A stretch of 64,000 bases of DNA, taken from assembly GCA_050250935.1 (NCBI GenBank), contig JBFWNS010000007.1, positions 63,569 through 127,568 on the forward strand, given 5' to 3'. Numbering within the stretch: the stretch's first letter is position 1; the number at the start of each line of letters is the position of its first letter. This document shows, in pieces, positions 38,649 to 49,345 of this stretch. Source of the DNA: Candidatus Margulisiibacteriota bacterium. Its GTDB lineage: Bacteria > Margulisbacteria > Marinamargulisbacteria > JBFWNS01. A program made the translations under genes and the position numbers. The notes beneath the pieces are model-generated. The model made no database searches. It was not told the DNA's origin and worked only from the letters and a program-made list of their open reading frames with translations.

Positions 38649-39983
38649 TTATGAAAACACTTTCGCAACCAGGGCTCTTGCCCCTCGTAAGACCCAGCGA
38701 AGGAATGAAGGATTTGAAGGCGTGTTTTCTGTACAAGCTTCGGCTGTTTTTTTTGCTTGTACCAGGTGGTGAAACGCTTCTTGGCAAGCTGCTTTGTCGC
38801 TTGGGTGGCAGTGGTCGGGGTGGATGGGTTTGGCAGCTTCTCTGTAGGCTTGCCCAATGTCCGATGCTGGGGCGTCAGGCGAAAGGCCGAGGGTGTTCCG
38901 GGCTGTTTCGCAAGGCGTGGGTGGGGGAATAACCTGTTCTAGGCCGTGGCGGACCCATCCAAACAGGGCGGTGTGGGCAATGCCTCTCAGGGTTTGGTGG
39001 GTTGCCGGAATCAGTTTAACCAGTTTCGAGGTAATGTAAGTGGCCAACACAAAAATAAACACCGCATATTTGGGGAAGTCCGGGTGGCCCAAACAGATCG
39101 AGCCCACTTGAATGGCCATGTGGACCAGGCTGTCGAGGGTGCTGAGCCACTCCAGCTTCCCGCCAAAAAAATGGGCCAGCCGATGCACCACGCTGGGGTT
39201 GGATAGGGCTGTATTGGCCAGGGTGTGCAAGCCTTGTTGTTTAAAAACACTCCAAACGGGAAAGGGCGCCACTTGATAGGGCACCCCCACAGCAGATAAT
39301 CCACAGTTCAGGGCCTGTTGTCCAACAATCGGCAGCCCTAGCGATAGTCCCATGCTGGCGAATCCGGCGCCCAGTTTAAGCCGTCGTGTTTCGGATTCTG
39401 GGGCGTGGGTTCGTTGCGCTTCAAGCTCTCCGAGTTCGGCTCCCAATTGAAAGTCGGGGTGGTTGTTCAGCAGGGAGCCAGGGAGGGCTTTGAGCTGTTG
39501 TTTGGCAGAAACAGAGGCAAGCTGCGTTTGTCGGACTTTATCCAAATCGGCTCGGCTTTTGGCGACGCTGTCGTTGAGGGTTTCCCATGGGTTTTCGAGT
39601 TGAGCAAATTGATTGAGAGAGACTACTATTTTGTCGTGTGGAATTTGTATACGAAGCTCTAATAACCTTTGTTTAAACTGTGGTCCCCAAAAATCCAGTT
39701 TTTGTTCTGGGGCTGGGATTTTGGGAAAGGTTTGATTGGCTTCGACGATCAGTGCCGTGTAAATGAGTTTGAGTCGAACTTGGTCATAGGCTTTTTTCCA
39801 GCCGGGGCCAAATTTGGTTACCCACAACGGATTGGGTGGGATTTCAGGTGCGGTATTACGGTGAAATAAAGCGGATAGTCGTCTGGTGAAGGGCCTCAAG
39901 CAACCCCAAAGCCCCGAGGGTTTGGCCGGCAGTGGCCTAGAAAGTGCAATGATTTTGAATGAAAGGGGCCTACGTGACGACAA
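38649..39983 (-). CDS. Membrane protein with a C-terminal DnaJ (J) domain
   Basis: TLGLSPDAPASDIGQAYREAAKPIHPD...EAFHHLVQA (HPD motif) and several hydrophobic segments. Start uncertain. Confidence 0.78.
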   Translation of the reverse strand: MSSRRPLSFKIIALSRPLPAKPSGLWGCLRPFTRRLSALFHRNTAPEIPPNPLWVTKFGPGWKKAYDQVRLKLIYTALIVEANQTFPKIPAPEQKLDFWGPQFKQRLLELRIQIPHDKIVVSLNQFAQLENPWETLNDSVAKSRADLDKVRQTQLASVSAKQQLKALPGSLLNNHPDFQLGAELGELEAQRTHAPESETRRLKLGAGFASMGLSLGLPIVGQQALNCGLSAVGVPYQVAPFPVWSVFKQQGLHTLANTALSNPSVVHRLAHFFGGKLEWLSTLDSLVHMAIQVGSICLGHPDFPKYAVFIFVLATYITSKLVKLIPATHQTLRGIAHTALFGWVRHGLEQVIPPPTPCETARNTLGLSPDAPASDIGQAYREAAKPIHPDHCHPSDKAACQEAFHHLVQAKKTAEACTENTPSNPSFLRWVLRGARALVAKVFS

Positions 39984-39986
39984 ACG

Positions 39987-41270
39987 CTATAACGCCAACC
40001 CCACCCTGATAACGGCATCGATGGCGGTGACATCAGGCAAGGTTTTTAAGGTTGAAACAGCGGTTTGAAACGCAGCTTCAGCAGCGCTGTGGGTAATGAT
40101 GACCAGCTCGGCGCGGGTATCGGGTTCTTCGTGCTGGGCCAGGCTGGAAATGCTGATGGTGTTCTGTCCAAAAACATGGGCAATTTTTTCCAAAACGCCG
40201 GGGTGATCTTGAATGGTCATCCGCAAATAAAACCGAGACTGGGTTTGGCCGATGGGAACCAAGGGCAGGTGGGCCGACAAGGTTTCCAAGTTTTGTTTGC
40301 TGGGGGCAAGGTTGTGCAACACCACATCCAACACGTCGGACACAACAGCCGAAGCTGTGGGCAAAGAGCCGGCTCCTTTGCCATAAATCATGGCTTCGCC
40401 AACGGCGTCGCCAACCACAAAAACAGCGTTAAATTCGTTGCGGACCGAAGCTAAGGGATGGTCTTGGTTAATGAGCGTGGGGTGAACTTTAAGGGCCAAA
40501 CCTGCTGGGGTTCTGTAGGCTTGGGCCAACAATTTAATTTTATAGCCGAATTCTTTGGCGTATTTCAAATCTTTAAGGGTCAGCTGATCGACGCCTTCGT
40601 GAAAAATGTGGTCGACACCCACTTCTTGTTTAAAGGCCACAGCGGCCAAAATATCCAGCTTGTAGGCGGCGTCTTTGCCGCTGACATCCATGGTGGGATC
40701 GGCTTCGGCAAAGCCCAGGTCTTGGGCTTGTTTAAGCACGTCGGCATAGTCTTTTTGGTCTTCTTCGATTTTGGTGAGCATGAAGTTGGTGGTGCCGTTT
40801 AAAATGCCGTAAAGAGCCTGAATTTCGTTGGCCCCATAGCCGACTTTTAAACTGCGGATAATGGGCAAACTTCCCCCAACGGCGGCCTCAAAATAAAAAT
40901 CAACTTGGTTTTCGACGGCGAGTGCAATGAACTTGGATTTGTGTTTGGACACCACTTCTTTGTTGGCAGTGATGACATGTTTTTTGGCTTCCAGCGCTTG
41001 GGTGATAAACACCTTGGCTGGGGTTTCGCCGCCCAATACTTCAATCACAATATGAATGTCGGGATCGTTTAAAATATCGCCAGGGTTGGTGGTGATGGCG
41101 ACGGTGCCTGCCAGTGGATGTGCTTTGGCTTTTTCGAGATTGCGAACCAAAACGGATTTGACTTGAATGGTTTTGCCGGTGCGTTGCTTAAACGCAGCTT
41201 GGTGTTTATTCAAAATTTCAACAACACCTTGTCCGACGGTACCAAATCCCAAAAGTCCTATGTTAATCAT
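39987..41270 (-). CDS. hom: Homoserine dehydrogenase with ACT domain
   Basis: GFGTVG, ITANK, EAAVGG, NGTTN, GFAEADP..DVSG.D, GKGAG..PTASAV, C-terminal ACT domain. Confidence 0.97.
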   Translation of the reverse strand: MINIGLLGFGTVGQGVVEILNKHQAAFKQRTGKTIQVKSVLVRNLEKAKAHPLAGTVAITTNPGDILNDPDIHIVIEVLGGETPAKVFITQALEAKKHVITANKEVVSKHKSKFIALAVENQVDFYFEAAVGGSLPIIRSLKVGYGANEIQALYGILNGTTNFMLTKIEEDQKDYADVLKQAQDLGFAEADPTMDVSGKDAAYKLDILAAVAFKQEVGVDHIFHEGVDQLTLKDLKYAKEFGYKIKLLAQAYRTPAGLALKVHPTLINQDHPLASVRNEFNAVFVVGDAVGEAMIYGKGAGSLPTASAVVSDVLDVVLHNLAPSKQNLETLSAHLPLVPIGQTQSRFYLRMTIQDHPGVLEKIAHVFGQNTISISSLAQHEEPDTRAELVIITHSAAEAAFQTAVSTLKTLPDVTAIDAVIRVGLAL

Positions 41271-41364
41271 GGCTCAAAAGCGTACACCACGGTTTGGGTT
41301 GAGGCAAGGTTTTATCATCTAAATAGTAGCTTGTATAAACTAAATTTTAGATTATAATGGGTCT

Positions 41365-41667
41365 ATGCTTGAGCATTTGTTTGGAAATAAGACCGCCGAA
41401 AGGGTGTTGTTACACATTTTTCATTACGGCGAGACCTATGCGCGGGAAATTGCTTTGGATTTGTCGATTCCTGCCACGCCGGTGTTGTATCAGCTGATTC
41501 GGTTCGAGCGGTCTGGGGTTCTGATTTCCAGGCAAGTGGGTAAAGCCAAGGTGTTTCGGTTCAACGACGACAATCCCCTCACCCAGCCGGTTCGGGTGTT
41601 GATTGGGATTGTTTACGACCGGTTGGACGATTCGGAACGCAGCCGATTTTTTAAATCTCGTTCTTAA
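41365..41667 (+). CDS. Winged-helix (ArsR-like) DNA-binding protein
   Basis: YAREIA..L......[21 protein letters not shown] wHTH pattern. Confidence 0.78.
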   Translation: MLEHLFGNKTAERVLLHIFHYGETYAREIALDLSIPATPVLYQLIRFERSGVLISRQVGKAKVFRFNDDNPLTQPVRVLIGIVYDRLDDSERSRFFKSRS

Positions 41668-41698
41668 GACCGATTTCTTTTTTGAAAGGAGAGTCTCG

Positions 41699-44272
41699 AT
41701 GTTAAAGCCCGAAAAATTGACCTTAAAGTCCCAAGAAGTGCTGCAGTCGGCCCAAGCGTTGGCCCACAGTGCCCATCATCAAGAATTGTCCGAAGTCCAT
41801 GTGTTGGCGGCGTTGTTGACGGTGTCGGACACGATTGTATCGCCTTTGCTTCAAAAGGCTGGGGTTCGTATTCCTCTGATTCAAAAAGAGGTTCAGCAGC
41901 TTTTGGACAAACGCCCCAAAGTGGAAGGGGCTACCCAATTGTATTTGTCGGGGTCCCTTAACGGGGTTTTTGATGAGGCCGAAAAAGCGGCAACCGCGAT
42001 GGGGGATAGCTACATCAGTGCCGAACATTTACTGTTGGCCATAGCCGACAGTAAAACCGATGCGGGTCAAACCCTGCGCTCTCAGGGGTTGACGAAAGCG
42101 GTGATTTTGAAAGGGCTTCAAGAGGTTCGTGGCGACGAAAAAGTGGATTCGGCAGAGCCAGAAGCCAAATTTCAAACCCTGGAAAAATTTACCATCGATC
42201 TGATTGCCCGCGCCCAAAAAGGCAAGCTGGATCCCGTGATTGGCCGAGACGATGAAATTCGGCGGGTGATTCAGGTGTTGTGCCGCCGCAGTAAAAACAA
42301 CCCGGTTTTGATTGGCGAACCTGGGGTTGGGAAAACCGCGATTGCCGAAGGATTGGCCCAGCGAATCGTGTCTGGCGACGTGCCGGAGCTGCTCAAAAAC
42401 AAACGGTTGTTGGCCTTGGACATGGGCGCTTTGATTGCCGGTGCCAAATACCGTGGCGAATTTGAAGAACGTTTAAAAGCCTTGCTCAAAGAAATTCAAC
42501 GCCAAGAAGGCAACATTATTTTGTTTATCGACGAGCTGCACACCTTGGTGGGGGCTGGGGCTTCGGAAGGGGCCATGGATGCGGCCAATATGCTCAAACC
42601 GGCTTTGGCCAGGGGAGAACTGCGCTGTATTGGGGCCACGACCTTGGATGAATATCGCAAATACATTGAAAAAGACGCGGCCTTGGAGCGGCGCTTTCAG
42701 CAGGTGTTTGTGGGCGAACCGTCGGTGGCGGGTACCATTGCCATTTTGCGGGGCATCAAAGAAAAGTACGAAATTCACCACGGTGTGAAAATTTTGGACG
42801 ATGCGATTTTGGCGGCGGCGCGTTTGTCTCATCGCTATATTGCGGATCGGTTTTTGCCCGATAAAGCCATCGATTTGATTGATGAAGCCGCTTCCAAATT
42901 GCGCATCGAAATCGACAGCATGCCCGAAGACATCGACGAAATCGAACGTAAAATCACCCAGCTTGAAATCGAAAAACAAGCCATTAAACGCGACGAAAGC
43001 CAAGCCTCCAAACTCAAATTGGAAGAGTTCGAAAAGGAATTGGCCGAATTGCGGGAAAAATCGGGTGGGTTAAAGGCCCATTGGCAAAACGAAAAAGCCA
43101 TCATTGCCAGCATTCGGGAGGCCAAGGCCAAAATTGAAGAGGCCAAGCACCAAGAGCAAATCGAAGAGCGTCGAGGCAACTACGAAAAAGTGTCGGAGAT
43201 TCGTTTTAAAACGGTGGTGGATTTGCAAAAAACCGTGGAGGAACAAACCGAAAAATTGGCCGAAGTCCAAAAAAACCAAAAAATGCTCAAAGAAGCGGTG
43301 GACGACGAGGACATTGCCGAAATCATTGCCAAATGGACGGGGATTCCCGTGTCGCGGTTGGTTCAGGGCGAAATGGACAAGCTATTGAATGCCGAAACCG
43401 AGCTTAAAAAACGGGTAATTGGTCAGGCCGAAGCCATCGATAAAATTGCCAACGCGATTCGTCGGTCTCGGTCTGGGTTGGCCGATCCCAACAAGCCCAT
43501 CGGCAGCTTCATTTTTTTGGGGCCTACGGGGGTTGGTAAAACCGAAACCGCCAAAGCCCTGGCCGAGTTTTTGTTTGATTCCGAAAAAAACATGGTGCGC
43601 ATCGACATGAGCGAATACATGGAAAAACACGCCGTGTCTCGCTTGGTGGGCGCCCCTCCGGGATATGTTGGCTACGACGAAGGTGGTCAATTAACCGAAG
43701 CGGTGCGCCGTCGGCCCTATTCGGTGGTGTTATTGGATGAAATCGAAAAAGCCCATCCCGATGTGTTTAACATTCTGTTGCAGGTGCTGGACGACGGTCG
43801 CTTAACCGATGGCCAAGGCCGAACGGTGGATTTCAAAAACACCATCATCATCATGACCTCCAACATTGGCAGCCAATACATTTTAGAGGCCAAAGATCGG
43901 GTAGAAATGGAAGTCCAGGTGATGGAAGCCTTGAAGAGTCGTTTTAGGCCTGAATTTTTGAACCGTATCGATGATTTGGTGATTTTTAATAACCTGACTT
44001 CAGATCAGTTGGTGCACATTGTGGACATTCAATTGGCGGGGTTGGCCAAGCGGTTGCAGGATCGTCACATCACCTTGGTGGTGACCGAAAAAGCCAAAAA
44101 CTTCTTGGCACTGGCTGGGTTTGATCCGGATTTTGGGGCAAGGCCTTTAAAGCGCACCATCACCCAACAGCTCGAAAACCCCTTGGCGGTGAAGTTGTTG
44201 TCTGGCGAAATTGGTGAAGGCCAAACCATTACCGTGGATTATGACAAAGAACTGACATTTTCTGTGATTTAG
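41699..44272 (+). CDS. clpB: Chaperone ClpB
   Basis: Two AAA+ domains with a long coiled-coil middle domain and no ClpP loop. AAGGAG RBS before ATG 41699. Confidence 0.97.
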   Translation: MLKPEKLTLKSQEVLQSAQALAHSAHHQELSEVHVLAALLTVSDTIVSPLLQKAGVRIPLIQKEVQQLLDKRPKVEGATQLYLSGSLNGVFDEAEKAATAMGDSYISAEHLLLAIADSKTDAGQTLRSQGLTKAVILKGLQEVRGDEKVDSAEPEAKFQTLEKFTIDLIARAQKGKLDPVIGRDDEIRRVIQVLCRRSKNNPVLIGEPGVGKTAIAEGLAQRIVSGDVPELLKNKRLLALDMGALIAGAKYRGEFEERLKALLKEIQRQEGNIILFIDELHTLVGAGASEGAMDAANMLKPALARGELRCIGATTLDEYRKYIEKDAALERRFQQVFVGEPSVAGTIAILRGIKEKYEIHHGVKILDDAILAAARLSHRYIADRFLPDKAIDLIDEAASKLRIEIDSMPEDIDEIERKITQLEIEKQAIKRDESQASKLKLEEFEKELAELREKSGGLKAHWQNEKAIIASIREAKAKIEEAKHQEQIEERRGNYEKVSEIRFKTVVDLQKTVEEQTEKLAEVQKNQKMLKEAVDDEDIAEIIAKWTGIPVSRLVQGEMDKLLNAETELKKRVIGQAEAIDKIANAIRRSRSGLADPNKPIGSFIFLGPTGVGKTETAKALAEFLFDSEKNMVRIDMSEYMEKHAVSRLVGAPPGYVGYDEGGQLTEAVRRRPYSVVLLDEIEKAHPDVFNILLQVLDDGRLTDGQGRTVDFKNTIIIMTSNIGSQYILEAKDRVEMEVQVMEALKSRFRPEFLNRIDDLVIFNNLTSDQLVHIVDIQLAGLAKRLQDRHITLVVTEKAKNFLALAGFDPDFGARPLKRTITQQLENPLAVKLLSGEIGEGQTITVDYDKELTFSVI

Positions 44273-44346
44273 AAGGTTTTGTTTTGGGGAAAGGGGGGTA
44301 ATAAAGTATATAGTGTGTTTAGCTTAGACTGTGAGGAGAGATTCTT

Positions 44347-45855
44347 ATGACAGATGCGATTCGTGGTGTATCCACAGAATATCACCCCCTTGATAACGCT
44401 CATTTGGAACAGGCCAGTAGGGGAGAAAGCCGGGTTAGTAAAACAGCCCTAACCCGTCAAATTGCAACCAACATTAAAAACACCTTACAAGATCTTCAAT
44501 CGCCCAAAGCGAAAATGATGCCGGATTATCAAGCTCAATTACGAGGACGCTTGGAAGAGGCCTTGCACCAATTGGATGCTGTTCGACAGGGAATGGACCA
44601 TAGAAAAAACAAAGTCCGTTTTGTGGATGTTATTAGTTTTGGGATTACTAAGGCGGTTCGTGTGATGCGACACAAGGCTTTGAATCGACAAATTACAACC
44701 TTAAAGGGGCAGTTGGATGTGCAGCTTATGCAACTTCGAGACGAGTCTGCTCGTGTGAATAAAACCGATCGTCCTGCTTCCGAATTAGGCCCTCCTCGGA
44801 CGTTGATTCGTGCTCATAATGGGCGTACATACGAATTGTTGAATAAATTAACCTTGGCCGAAGCTGAAAAAATGGGTTTTATTGAAAAGAGGGGAGATGC
44901 GTATGTGTTGACCGGTGGCCACGAGGCTGAAGGTGGCAAAGTGGTAGAGTTTGTGGGTGATCCCCAATCCCCCACTGCGGTACGTATAAAATTGGGGAAA
45001 GGGGGTATTGGTACGGTTCGTTTAGCTCGGGAAGTGAATTCTGAAACCCATGTTCCTCTAGACCCCGAATCCATTTTTGCAGTTAAAAAAACTTTGGAAT
45101 GGGATACTGCCTTGTTAGATCAAATTCCTTTTAAAGCCGATGTACAAGGCCGAAACGATGCTGTGATTACTTCTGGACACAGGGGCGAAGATAAGTTGTA
45201 TGAATTTATGCCTTATTTGGTGGGTCAAAACGGAAGATCGTTTATGGAATCACTTTGGGAGCATCCGGAGCTTAGTGAGCCTGTGCCACACCTGCGTGGG
45301 CAGTTGCTGACTCGGATTGCCCAAAGTGCCATCGATCAAGTCGCCTTTTTTCATGACCGTGGGTTTGCTCACCGGGATCTTAAGCCTGATAATATGCTCA
45401 TCAATTTTAGAACAGGAGAGGTGTCGTTAATTGATTTTGATACGGCCACCAAAAAACCGAATACAGATGAGGTTATGGGAACGGTGGCATATATGGCTCC
45501 TGAAGTGTTATTGGCTCAATTCCAGGGTGGTTATGATCCCAAAAAAGCGGATGCTTATTCATTGGGTATTGTCTTAACTGAAATGGTTCTAGGGCACCAT
45601 CCTAGTACAAATTTTGTGCTGCCATCTCCCTTGACGCTTGGTGCCATTGAAAAGTTTCACGCTTATATTGGCAAAGCCATTTTAGCACTGCCTGCCGATA
45701 CACCTTTGCGTGACGTGATTGTTGGCCTGACCCACCAAGACCCAGATCAACGTATGTCGGTTCATGAAGCAAAAACTGTGGTTGCTTCGATAGAAGTGCC
45801 CGCAGATTTTTTGATAGCTTTGGCTAAATTTAAGGCTACAGAAGTCTTGTGCTAG
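44347..45855 (+). CDS. Hanks-type Ser/Thr protein kinase with an orphan N-terminal region
   Basis: LGKGGIGTV, AVKK, HRDLKPDN, IDFD, GTVAYMAPE, DAYSLG, DPDQR. Confidence 0.9.
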   Translation: MTDAIRGVSTEYHPLDNAHLEQASRGESRVSKTALTRQIATNIKNTLQDLQSPKAKMMPDYQAQLRGRLEEALHQLDAVRQGMDHRKNKVRFVDVISFGITKAVRVMRHKALNRQITTLKGQLDVQLMQLRDESARVNKTDRPASELGPPRTLIRAHNGRTYELLNKLTLAEAEKMGFIEKRGDAYVLTGGHEAEGGKVVEFVGDPQSPTAVRIKLGKGGIGTVRLAREVNSETHVPLDPESIFAVKKTLEWDTALLDQIPFKADVQGRNDAVITSGHRGEDKLYEFMPYLVGQNGRSFMESLWEHPELSEPVPHLRGQLLTRIAQSAIDQVAFFHDRGFAHRDLKPDNMLINFRTGEVSLIDFDTATKKPNTDEVMGTVAYMAPEVLLAQFQGGYDPKKADAYSLGIVLTEMVLGHHPSTNFVLPSPLTLGAIEKFHAYIGKAILALPADTPLRDVIVGLTHQDPDQRMSVHEAKTVVASIEVPADFLIALAKFKATEVLC

Positions 45856-45871
45856 GCGTTACAATGGGCTC

Positions 45872-47764
45872 ATGAAACTGTGGTCCTGGTTATCCCGTCC
45901 CTGTGCCAGTGAAGCTGCGCTGAACCAATTTGGCTATGCCCTGACCCAATTGTCGGACAAGCACGATGTGGCTTCGGTGTTGTATGCCGGGCTTACCGAG
46001 GTTTTGCCGTCCGAAACGGTGGTCTTGGTTCAACACGATTTTCCTGCCGCCGAGCGTTGGCCGGCTGGGGTGGTGGTTCGGGGTCGTCGGGGATTTGCCT
46101 ATTTGGACAAAAAAATGCCGTCTTTTACGGTGCGGCGCCTCATGGTCGAAAACCGGGCCAAAACCGCGGTGGTGGTGACAACCCCAGGCATGCCGGCCCT
46201 GGTGGCTGTGATCCAATCGAAACGGGCCTTGTCTCGAAAAACCAAGGTTATTTTAAGAACCATGGCTTTTCAAACCGCTGGGGCTTTGGGCTTTTTAACC
46301 CAAGCTGGGGCCATTCAAAACGAAGAGGTTCGGGCGAACTTGGTGGGGCGGTTTGTGGAAGAGCTGCATGCCACCACCAACTTAAATGCCTTGTACAAAG
46401 AGGTGTCGGAACGGTTGTCTCAGGCTTTTAATTGCTCGGCTGTCATTCTGTTTCGCCGCCACGATGTGATGTTCTCGCCAGCCTATGTTCATGGCCAGGA
46501 TTTTCGAAAGGTGGAAAACCTGTGTTATCCCCAGTCGTTTGTGACCCCATTTTTGAAGTCGGGTCAGTTTTTTCGCTTGGATGCCTGGCCGGCCTTGGCC
46601 CAAGAATTGATTCAAGTTTTTCCAGAAGAGGCCCATGGTTTTGTGTTTATTTTAGAGCTTGGCAACAACGTGTTGGGGTTTTTGGTGGGGCTTTGGCCCG
46701 AAAAACCGCCCCGTTTGGATAATGGGGTTTTGCATGTGTTGTGCCATGAAGTCTCTTCGGCTTTGGCCAATGCCGAGTTGTATCAGCAGGTGATGCAGGT
46801 CGAGCAGTATCACGCCAACGTGCTCGAGAATTTGGTGCTGGGCATTATGACCATCGATCAAAACGGACATTGTTTGTCGTTTAACCGGCAAGCCCAGCAG
46901 TTAACGGGCTTGTCGCATTTGGATGTGGTGGGGCGATCGACTTTGGCCCTTCAGGGACGGTTTCCCTTTTTGTCTCGGTTGGGGTCGGTTCGCCAAAGCC
47001 GGTCCGTGGTGTTGGAAATGACGTTTGAGGGGGAAGAACACCCCGTGGCCATCACCTTAAGTGCGTATACCATTCCCAAAATGGGTCAATCTGGGTGGGT
47101 GGTGTTGTTCGAAGACCTCAAGCCCATGCGGCGGCTCAGTCAAAAAATCAAAGATGCCGAAAAATGGGCCACCATCGGCAAGGTCGCAGCCGGCATTGCC
47201 AAACACATTCAACATCCGTTGACGGCTGTGAAGGCCATGATCGAGGTTATAGATCGGGCCACAACGGTGGCGGAACGGGACCATTACGCCCGTTTGATGG
47301 GGCAGCAATTGGATCAGATTCAAGCGTTGTGCCAGGCTTTGCTGAACTTGGGACGATCCCAGCCGGGAGGCCAGTGTTTGTTTAATACCCTGGTGTCCGA
47401 GGTGTTGTTGTTGGTTCATGGGTTGGTGGATGCCGATCGGTTGATTATCGAGACCCATTTTGAAGGCGATCTTAGTTTGGTGGTCGATCGCCATGTGGTG
47501 ATGCAGACCTTGGTTGTGATTTTTCAGATGGTGATCGATGGGTTGGGGGGTACGGATCGTCTGATTTTGAAAATTGTGTGTTCTTCAACCCCTGGGACCG
47601 TGGTGTGTCGTTTTGAATTCGAAACGATCGAGGGTCATGGGGGGCGGATTTTTGATCCCGTTGAGCGGTATCAAGATGCCATTTTGACCTTGATGCCGAC
47701 CTCTGCTGTGGGTCTGGAAGACGAGGCTTTGGTGTGGCGATTGCCCAAGCAGGTGAGCCTATGA
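45872..47764 (+). CDS. GAF-PAS protein with a degenerate histidine kinase module
   Basis: GAF (..ALANAELY), PAS (GIMTIDQNG...FNRQAQQLTG), altered H-box AGIAKHIQHPL, no clear N/G1/G2 boxes. Confidence 0.75.
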   Translation: MKLWSWLSRPCASEAALNQFGYALTQLSDKHDVASVLYAGLTEVLPSETVVLVQHDFPAAERWPAGVVVRGRRGFAYLDKKMPSFTVRRLMVENRAKTAVVVTTPGMPALVAVIQSKRALSRKTKVILRTMAFQTAGALGFLTQAGAIQNEEVRANLVGRFVEELHATTNLNALYKEVSERLSQAFNCSAVILFRRHDVMFSPAYVHGQDFRKVENLCYPQSFVTPFLKSGQFFRLDAWPALAQELIQVFPEEAHGFVFILELGNNVLGFLVGLWPEKPPRLDNGVLHVLCHEVSSALANAELYQQVMQVEQYHANVLENLVLGIMTIDQNGHCLSFNRQAQQLTGLSHLDVVGRSTLALQGRFPFLSRLGSVRQSRSVVLEMTFEGEEHPVAITLSAYTIPKMGQSGWVVLFEDLKPMRRLSQKIKDAEKWATIGKVAAGIAKHIQHPLTAVKAMIEVIDRATTVAERDHYARLMGQQLDQIQALCQALLNLGRSQPGGQCLFNTLVSEVLLLVHGLVDADRLIIETHFEGDLSLVVDRHVVMQTLVVIFQMVIDGLGGTDRLILKIVCSSTPGTVVCRFEFETIEGHGGRIFDPVERYQDAILTLMPTSAVGLEDEALVWRLPKQVSL

Positions 47765-49278
47765 AGCTGTGGCGACGCTACGACTATCACAAAACCCTCC
47801 AACGCCTGATCCAGGAACTGGGAGATCTGACCGATAAAAAAGCAATTTACGACTTTTTGAAAGCCGAAGTTACCCGGCTTTTTGGTTCGGCCTTGGCCAC
47901 TGTTTTTTTGAAAAGGCTCAAAGATCCAGGCCGTTTGCAAGCCCCGGGGTGGCTAAAATCCAGCGGGTTTTCTCCCCGAGACCAGCAGCTGTTGGAAACC
48001 TTGGGGTATCAGGTTCAGTGTCGTTTGCACAGCGTAACTTTGCTTAAAGAAAGGCAACACCGAAACAATCAATTGCGAGCCGTTAATCGCTTTATTCAAA
48101 CCATTCACGCCACTTTCGATCCCTCGGTTTTGGAATCCGAAACCCAGGCGGTTATGGCTGTTGTTCAATCGGAACCTGGATCCTTGCAATTGGCCGATGT
48201 GGTCAACAAAGAGGTGGCCCACGCCAAGAAAAATGCCGAGATGTACCACCAAATGATGCGCCTGAAAGCCTTTCATCAAACCATTTTGGAAACCCTGCCC
48301 ACCCCGGTTTTGGCCGTTAATCCTTGGTTTCGCATCACCGAAATGAATGCCAAGGCCGAGCAGTTGTTCGGGGTTCGTCGCGAGGATGTGTTGGACCACC
48401 CATTAACCGTTTTGCAGCATCGGCCCCTGATGACCTTTTTGGAACAGGTTCAGGACATGGGGGTTGGGCCTTTGTATCGGGAATTAACGATTGCGGGACG
48501 CCAAGTGGGGGTGATGGTGGATTTATTGGACGACGGAACCTACAACGCGTTTGGGGTGATGGCCGTTATGACCGATTTGGAAAAAATCCACGATTTGCAA
48601 CGTCAAGCGGCCTATACCGATCGGCTTTTCAGTTTGGGCACCATGGCGGCAGGCATTGCCCATGACATTAAAAATCCCCTGACCTCGCTGAAGTTGTTGG
48701 CCGATATGGTGCCGGCCCATTGGGAGAACGAGACCTTTAAAACCCGCTTTGAAACCCTGGTTCCCTCGCAGATCGAGCACATTGTGGTGTTGTGCCGCGC
48801 GTTGCAACGGTTGGGCGAATCCCGAGAACCGCAGTTGGTGTCTTGTCGGTTAAGCGAGGTGGTTGCAGAAGCTGCCGAATTGTTGGAAACCCAAACAGTC
48901 CTGTGTGGGGCAACGTTGTTGTTGGATATCGAAGATCCTTCTTTGTGTGTGATGGCCGATCCGCATCAGCTTCAACAGGTGGTGGTGAATTTGGTGTTGA
49001 ATGCCCTGCAAGCCGTCAGCCCCAACCAAGGCCGCATTACCTTGGGCGTTGTCAGGCGCGGTGGCGAGGTGATGCTTTCGGTTCAAGACAATGGTGTGGG
49101 CATGGCCAAGCCGGTGCTTAAACGGATGTTCGATCCTTTTTTCACCACCAAAGAAACCGGAACGGGGTTGGGGCTAACCATGGTGTACACGATTGTAAAT
49201 GCCCACCAAGGTCGGATCGAGGTTTCGTCGGAGCCTGGCCAAGGCACCCGGTTTGAGGTCTTTTTGAAGAAACAATGA
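47761..49278 (+). CDS. PAS sensor histidine kinase (NtrB-like)
   Basis: AGIAHDIKNPL, NLVLNALQA, DNGVG, FDPFFTTK, GTGLGL. ATG 47761 overlaps the upstream stop. Confidence 0.92.
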   Translation: MKLWRRYDYHKTLQRLIQELGDLTDKKAIYDFLKAEVTRLFGSALATVFLKRLKDPGRLQAPGWLKSSGFSPRDQQLLETLGYQVQCRLHSVTLLKERQHRNNQLRAVNRFIQTIHATFDPSVLESETQAVMAVVQSEPGSLQLADVVNKEVAHAKKNAEMYHQMMRLKAFHQTILETLPTPVLAVNPWFRITEMNAKAEQLFGVRREDVLDHPLTVLQHRPLMTFLEQVQDMGVGPLYRELTIAGRQVGVMVDLLDDGTYNAFGVMAVMTDLEKIHDLQRQAAYTDRLFSLGTMAAGIAHDIKNPLTSLKLLADMVPAHWENETFKTRFETLVPSQIEHIVVLCRALQRLGESREPQLVSCRLSEVVAEAAELLETQTVLCGATLLLDIEDPSLCVMADPHQLQQVVVNLVLNALQAVSPNQGRITLGVVRRGGEVMLSVQDNGVGMAKPVLKRMFDPFFTTKETGTGLGLTMVYTIVNAHQGRIEVSSEPGQGTRFEVFLKKQ

Positions 49279-49345
49279 GCCATTTTCAACCCTGCCCAAA
49301 CTGCTTCTTGTCCCTTTCAAAAAACTTCGCTACGCTTCGGAACGA

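Noticed and set aside
27873..44272. Nucleotide similarity between clpC and clpB as a repeat
   Set aside because: Ordinary paralogy of AAA+ domains.
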